Part shown: in pieces, positions 59,758-64,000 of the stretch
Numbering within the stretch: the stretch's first letter is position 1
Layout: each line of letters opens with the position of its first letter
NCBI GenBank assembly: GCA_902589155.1
Contig: CACIRV010000001.1
Coordinates: 95,815-159,814, forward strand
Reading direction: 5' to 3'
DNA from: an uncultured Pelagibacteraceae bacterium
GTDB lineage: Bacteria; Pseudomonadota; Alphaproteobacteria; Pelagibacterales; Pelagibacteraceae
Length of the DNA: 64,000 bases
Notes under the pieces: generated by a model
The model's input: the letters and a program-made list of their open reading frames with translations, nothing else
Told to the model about the DNA's origin: nothing
Databases searched by the model: none
Translations under genes and position numbers: made by a program

Positions 59758-60723
59758 ATGGATTCAATCAAAAAAAATTTTTTAATTTTTTTCATATTTT
59801 CATTGGCCTTATCACATTCTTTTTTAAAAGCAGAAGAAGAGGAAGTTGCACTTCAAGCAGTAGCTGATCAAATTCAGGTTTTAACCAAAGACTTAAAAAC
59901 ATTAGAAAAAGCTGTATATAAAAAATCAGACATTATTTCATCTGCAGGTTCATCCTCAATTAAGTCCGATGGATTAAATGAAGATATTTTAACTAAACAT
60001 CTTTTAAAACTAAATGAAATTGAAGATCAATTTAGAGAGCTGACAAATAAATTTGAAGAAGTTAATTTTAAATTAGATAAATTATCTTCTCGTGTGACAA
60101 AAATTCAGTCAGACAACCAACTAAGATTTTCTGATCTTGAAAGTTTAGATACTGAAAAGAAAAAAACAAAAGCAAAAAAAATTTTACCAGGATCTAGTCA
60201 GCCAGCTGATTTTGGAGCAAACCCAGGATATTCTGTTTCAAGTTTACCTGAGAAACAAGAAACTAGTTCAATAGAAAGCGCTCAAACTGTAATTACCGAA
60301 GAGCCGGAAGAAAGAGAGTCTTTGTTACCGGATAAACCTGCAAAGGAACAATATGAATTTGCTGTAAGCTTTATGAAAATAGGAGATTATGAAACTGCAG
60401 AATTCGCATTAAAAGAATTTATTCAGAAAAATAAAGAACATGATTTAGCAGGTAATGCTCAGTACTGGTATGGAGAAACATTTAGAATTAGACAACTTTA
60501 CTCTGATGCTGCAACAGCATATCTTGATGGTTATCAAAATTATCCAAAAAGTAAAAAGGCTCCAGATAATCTTTTAAAATTAGGCATCACTATGGTTCAA
60601 TTAGGAGAGAAAGATCAAGGTTGCAAAATGATATCTGGAGTTAAAAAAGAATATCCAAAAGCAAGCAAGTCTGTGTTACAAAAAGCACAGTATGAGCAAA
60701 AAAAATTCAAGTGTAATTCTTAA
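59758..60723 (+). CDS. cpoB: Tol-Pal associated CpoB/YbgF
   Basis: Signal peptide, coiled coil, TPRs (AGNAQYWYGE, YPKSKKAPD.LLKLG). Confidence 0.9.
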   Translation: MDSIKKNFLIFFIFSLALSHSFLKAEEEEVALQAVADQIQVLTKDLKTLEKAVYKKSDIISSAGSSSIKSDGLNEDILTKHLLKLNEIEDQFRELTNKFEEVNFKLDKLSSRVTKIQSDNQLRFSDLESLDTEKKKTKAKKILPGSSQPADFGANPGYSVSSLPEKQETSSIESAQTVITEEPEERESLLPDKPAKEQYEFAVSFMKIGDYETAEFALKEFIQKNKEHDLAGNAQYWYGETFRIRQLYSDAATAYLDGYQNYPKSKKAPDNLLKLGITMVQLGEKDQGCKMISGVKKEYPKASKSVLQKAQYEQKKFKCNS

Positions 60724-61713
60724 AAATAGATTTAACAATTATGAGGAATTATCTCATATTTATTCTACATTTGAAAAAAAACTAAATTCTTATAAAAAAA
60801 AACTTTCCTAATCGCTGTATCAGGCGGACCAGATAGCTTAGCTTTAACAGCTTTAGCTAAATCCTATAGTTATGAAAATAAATGTAAAATTTATTACGTT
60901 TTAGTTGATCATAACCTTAGAAAAAATTCGTCAATTGAAGCTATATCTGTAAAAAGATTGCTTAAAAAAAAACAAATAAATCTTGATATTCTAAAAAATA
61001 AGGAGTTGATAAAAAAGAATATTCAAAGCGAAGCTAGAAGAATTCGATATAGTCTTCTTACAAATTTTTGTAAAAAGAGAAAGATAGAGATTATTTTAAC
61101 TGCTCATAATCTAGAGGATCAAGTAGAAACATTTTTTATAAGACTATCTAGAGGAAGTGGTTTGCAAGGTTTGTCTTCAATGAAACAAATAAATAAAATC
61201 AACAACAATGTTCATTTAGCAAGGCCATTATTGGATTTTAAAAAAATTCAATTAATAAAAATATCAAAGGTTGTTTTTGGTAAATTTTACAAAGATCCGA
61301 CTAATAAGAATACAAAATATTTGAGAACTAGAATAAGAAATTTAAAAAAATCACTTGAAACAAGTGGCATCAATTATGATCAAGTTTTTAGGTCTATTAA
61401 AAATTTAGCCTCAAGCAGGGATACATTAGATTTATATTTTAATAAAATTTATAAAGATACGGTTAATAAAAAAAGAAATAAAATTTTAATTTGTTCAGAA
61501 AGCTTAAACAGTCTTAATAAAGAAATGAAAATGAGGGTATTTACAAAATCTATTAAAGATTTTACTAACTCTTATTATTCACCTAGATCAAAAAAAATCT
61601 TCAATCTAATTGATCAAATTGGAGTAAAAAAAAATGCAAAACTCACTCTTGGTGGATGTATAATTTTTAGGGAAAAAAATCACATTATTTTAAAAAAAGA
61701 GAAGAAAAATTAG
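60692..61713 (+). CDS. tilS: tRNA(Ile)-lysidine synthetase, with a frameshift in the A9 run at 60794-60802
   Basis: ATG 60692 gives MSKKNSSV...LNSYKKK then stops; the next frame continues TFLIAVSGGPDSLAL...VDHNLR...AHNLEDQVET...RPLL...DPTN. Confidence 0.88.
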
Positions 61714-61808
61714 CTATTTTTCCAAATTTGTTACAATTTGACTTATTTATAACTTAATTGTTCTTAAGATATACTTGTTATATAGAATAAAATGCTTATT
61801 TAAACTAT

Positions 61809-63704
61809 ATGAATTTAAAAAATTTAATAATGTGGGCAATTATAGTCTTACTTTCCGTAGGACTATTCAACATGTTTCAAGATCCACAAAAAATAAACTC
61901 AGAGAAAAATAAACTTCCCTTTTCAAACTTTTTAAATGAAGTTGAGGCTGGCAGAGTAGTTGAGGTTCAGATACAAGGAAATAATATTTCAGGAGTTTTA
62001 TCTGATGGAAAAACTTTCAATACTTATTCTCCGAATTATCCAGAATTAGTTGAAAAATTGTCTTCTAAAAATGTTAGTATCATAGCAACACCTTTGGAAG
62101 ATAAGATGCCTTCACTTTTAGGAATCTTGTTATCCTGGTTTCCAATGCTTTTACTTATTGGAGTTTGGATTTTCTTTATGCGTCAAATGCAAGGAGGAAA
62201 AGGCGGAGCGATGGGTTTTGGAAGATCTAAAGCAAAATTATTGAACGAAGCTCAAGGAAAAGTTACCTTTAATGATGTAGCTGGTGTCGAGGAAGCAAAA
62301 GAAGAAGTTGAAGAAATAGTAGAATTCTTAAAAGACCCAAAAAAATTTAGTAGATTAGGTGGAAAGATTCCAAAAGGTGCTCTATTAATTGGCCCTCCAG
62401 GAACTGGAAAAACTTTATTAGCCAAAGCTATTGCTGGTGAAGCAAATGTACCTTTCTTCTCTATATCTGGATCAGATTTTGTTGAGATGTTTGTTGGAGT
62501 AGGAGCGTCTAGAGTTAGAGATATGTTTGAACAAGGAAAAAAACATTCTCCATGTATAATTTTTATTGATGAGATTGATGCAGTTGGAAGAAGCAGAGGC
62601 GCAGGTTTAGGTGGAGGAAATGATGAGAGAGAACAAACTCTTAACCAACTTTTAGTAGAAATGGATGGATTTGATACAAATGAAGGAATTATTTTAATTG
62701 CTGCCACAAACAGACCTGATGTTTTAGATCCGGCTTTATTAAGGCCTGGCAGGTTTGATAGACAGGTCGTAGTAGCAAATCCAGATATTATCGGAAGAGA
62801 AGCTATTTTAAAAGTACATGTCAAAAAAATAAGCACTGGTCCGGATGTCAAATTAAGAACTATAGCAAGGGGTACGCCAGGATTTTCTGGAGCAGACTTA
62901 GCTAACTTAATAAATGAATCTGCTTTGTTAGCAGCAAGAAAAAACAAAAGAGTAGTGACAATGTCTGATGTAGAAGAAGCGAAGGACAAAGTCATGATGG
63001 GAGCAGAAAGAAGATCTATGGTGATGTCTGAAGATGAGAAAAAGTTAACCGCGTATCATGAAGGCGGACATGCCATTGTAGCATTAAACGAAGAAGCGTC
63101 AGACCCAATACACAAAGCAACAATTATTCCAAGAGGCAGGGCTCTAGGTATGGTTATGAGATTACCAGAAAGAGATCAGCTTTCAGTAACTAGAGAAAAA
63201 TTGCATTCCGACATTGCAGTTGCTATGGGAGGTAGAATAGCGGAGGAGTTAATCTTTGGACATGATAAAGTAACCTCAGGAGCTTCTTCAGACATAGATA
63301 TGGTAACTAAAATGGCAAAAAATATGGTAACAAAATATGGAATGAGCCAAGAACTAGGAACAATTGCGTATGGAGAAAACGAAGAAGAAGTATTTTTAGG
63401 AAGATCAGTAACGAAACAACAAAATATGTCAGAGGAAACTGCCAAAAAAGTAGACGCAGAAGTGAAGAAAATTGTAGACAAAGGATATGAAAGAGCCAAA
63501 AAAGTTCTTACAGAAAAAATTGACGATCTTCATAAGCTTGCTAAAGCTCTTTTAATATATGAAACTTTGTCAGGTGACGAGATAAGAGATTTAATTTTAA
63601 AAAATATCAAACCAACGAGGTCTTTTAAAGAGGATGATAAAGATGACGGCAAATCATCATCAGCTCTTGGTTCATTAGGCCTAAAGCCAAAGCCTGCCAT
63701 CTAA
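61809..63704 (+). CDS. ftsH: ATP-dependent zinc metalloprotease FtsH
   Basis: Two TMs, [39 protein letters not shown]. Confidence 0.97.
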   Translation: MNLKNLIMWAIIVLLSVGLFNMFQDPQKINSEKNKLPFSNFLNEVEAGRVVEVQIQGNNISGVLSDGKTFNTYSPNYPELVEKLSSKNVSIIATPLEDKMPSLLGILLSWFPMLLLIGVWIFFMRQMQGGKGGAMGFGRSKAKLLNEAQGKVTFNDVAGVEEAKEEVEEIVEFLKDPKKFSRLGGKIPKGALLIGPPGTGKTLLAKAIAGEANVPFFSISGSDFVEMFVGVGASRVRDMFEQGKKHSPCIIFIDEIDAVGRSRGAGLGGGNDEREQTLNQLLVEMDGFDTNEGIILIAATNRPDVLDPALLRPGRFDRQVVVANPDIIGREAILKVHVKKISTGPDVKLRTIARGTPGFSGADLANLINESALLAARKNKRVVTMSDVEEAKDKVMMGAERRSMVMSEDEKKLTAYHEGGHAIVALNEEASDPIHKATIIPRGRALGMVMRLPERDQLSVTREKLHSDIAVAMGGRIAEELIFGHDKVTSGASSDIDMVTKMAKNMVTKYGMSQELGTIAYGENEEEVFLGRSVTKQQNMSEETAKKVDAEVKKIVDKGYERAKKVLTEKIDDLHKLAKALLIYETLSGDEIRDLILKNIKPTRSFKEDDKDDGKSSSALGSLGLKPKPAI

Positions 63705-63710
63705 ATAATC

Positions 63711-64000
63711 ATGAACAAATATTACACTAGAGCGTGTAATTTTTATTATGGTATTGATGCAAAAAAACTAATTAAGAAAAAAATAGCTTTACCACTTTGT
63801 GGCAATAAAAATTTAGCTTTTGACAAAATTGAAGTTATTGCAAGAAAAAAAAATAAAGTTATATCAAAAACTATCAGCCTTAAAAAAATTCATACATTAA
63901 ACACTTCTTGCAGGAAAAAAGTTAAGCAAGATCTAAAAAAGATAGTTATGAAAAGAAAAAATTTTCTAAATAATATAAACTTTTTAGAGCCATCAATTAT
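63711..64000 (+). CDS. folP: Dihydropteroate synthase, 5' part (runs off window)
   Basis: Open frame MNKYYTRACNFYYG...FLEPSI reaching the window edge where P.IMG of DHPS is expected; ftsH-folP synteny. Confidence 0.6.
   Translation, partial: MNKYYTRACNFYYGIDAKKLIKKKIALPLCGNKNLAFDKIEVIARKKNKVISKTISLKKIHTLNTSCRKKVKQDLKKIVMKRKNFLNNINFLEPSI

Overview
Very AT-rich, densely packed alphaproteobacterial DNA whose gene order and proteins fit a SAR11 (Pelagibacterales) genome. Positions 1-~37.7 kb hold a single-strand, nearly gap-free surface-glycan (O-chain/HVR2-type) island. It opens with a MarR-type EPS regulator and a divergent NusG paralogue followed by an ops-like cis element. It then carries an ABC flippase, a legionaminic-acid pathway with formyl and acetamidino tailoring, an unusual HldE-like/DegT-pair/E1alpha-beta/radical-SAM/carbamoyltransferase block, and a CDP-glucose pathway with an antibiotic-type 2,3-dehydratase. 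The island ends inside tRNA-Val(GAC), followed by an O-antigen ligase-like gene and a stand-alone 5S rRNA. The rest is core genome: rpmJ, pntAA/AB/B, tal, typA, tRNA-fMet, csp, rpsU, rpmE, suhB, efp, thiE, fba, pgk, tkt, zapA, ygfA, ymdB, yebC, a resolvase, tol-pal, cpoB, tilS, ftsH and partial folP. Notable oddities are rpsU with an obligatory non-canonical (ATT) start, a MOC1-like resolvase in place of ruvCAB, gap and 6S RNA missing from their usual loci, a stop codon inside a tRNA, apparent loss of metal-binding cysteines, and an A9 frameshift in tilS. All family assignments come from motif recognition by eye; no searches were run.
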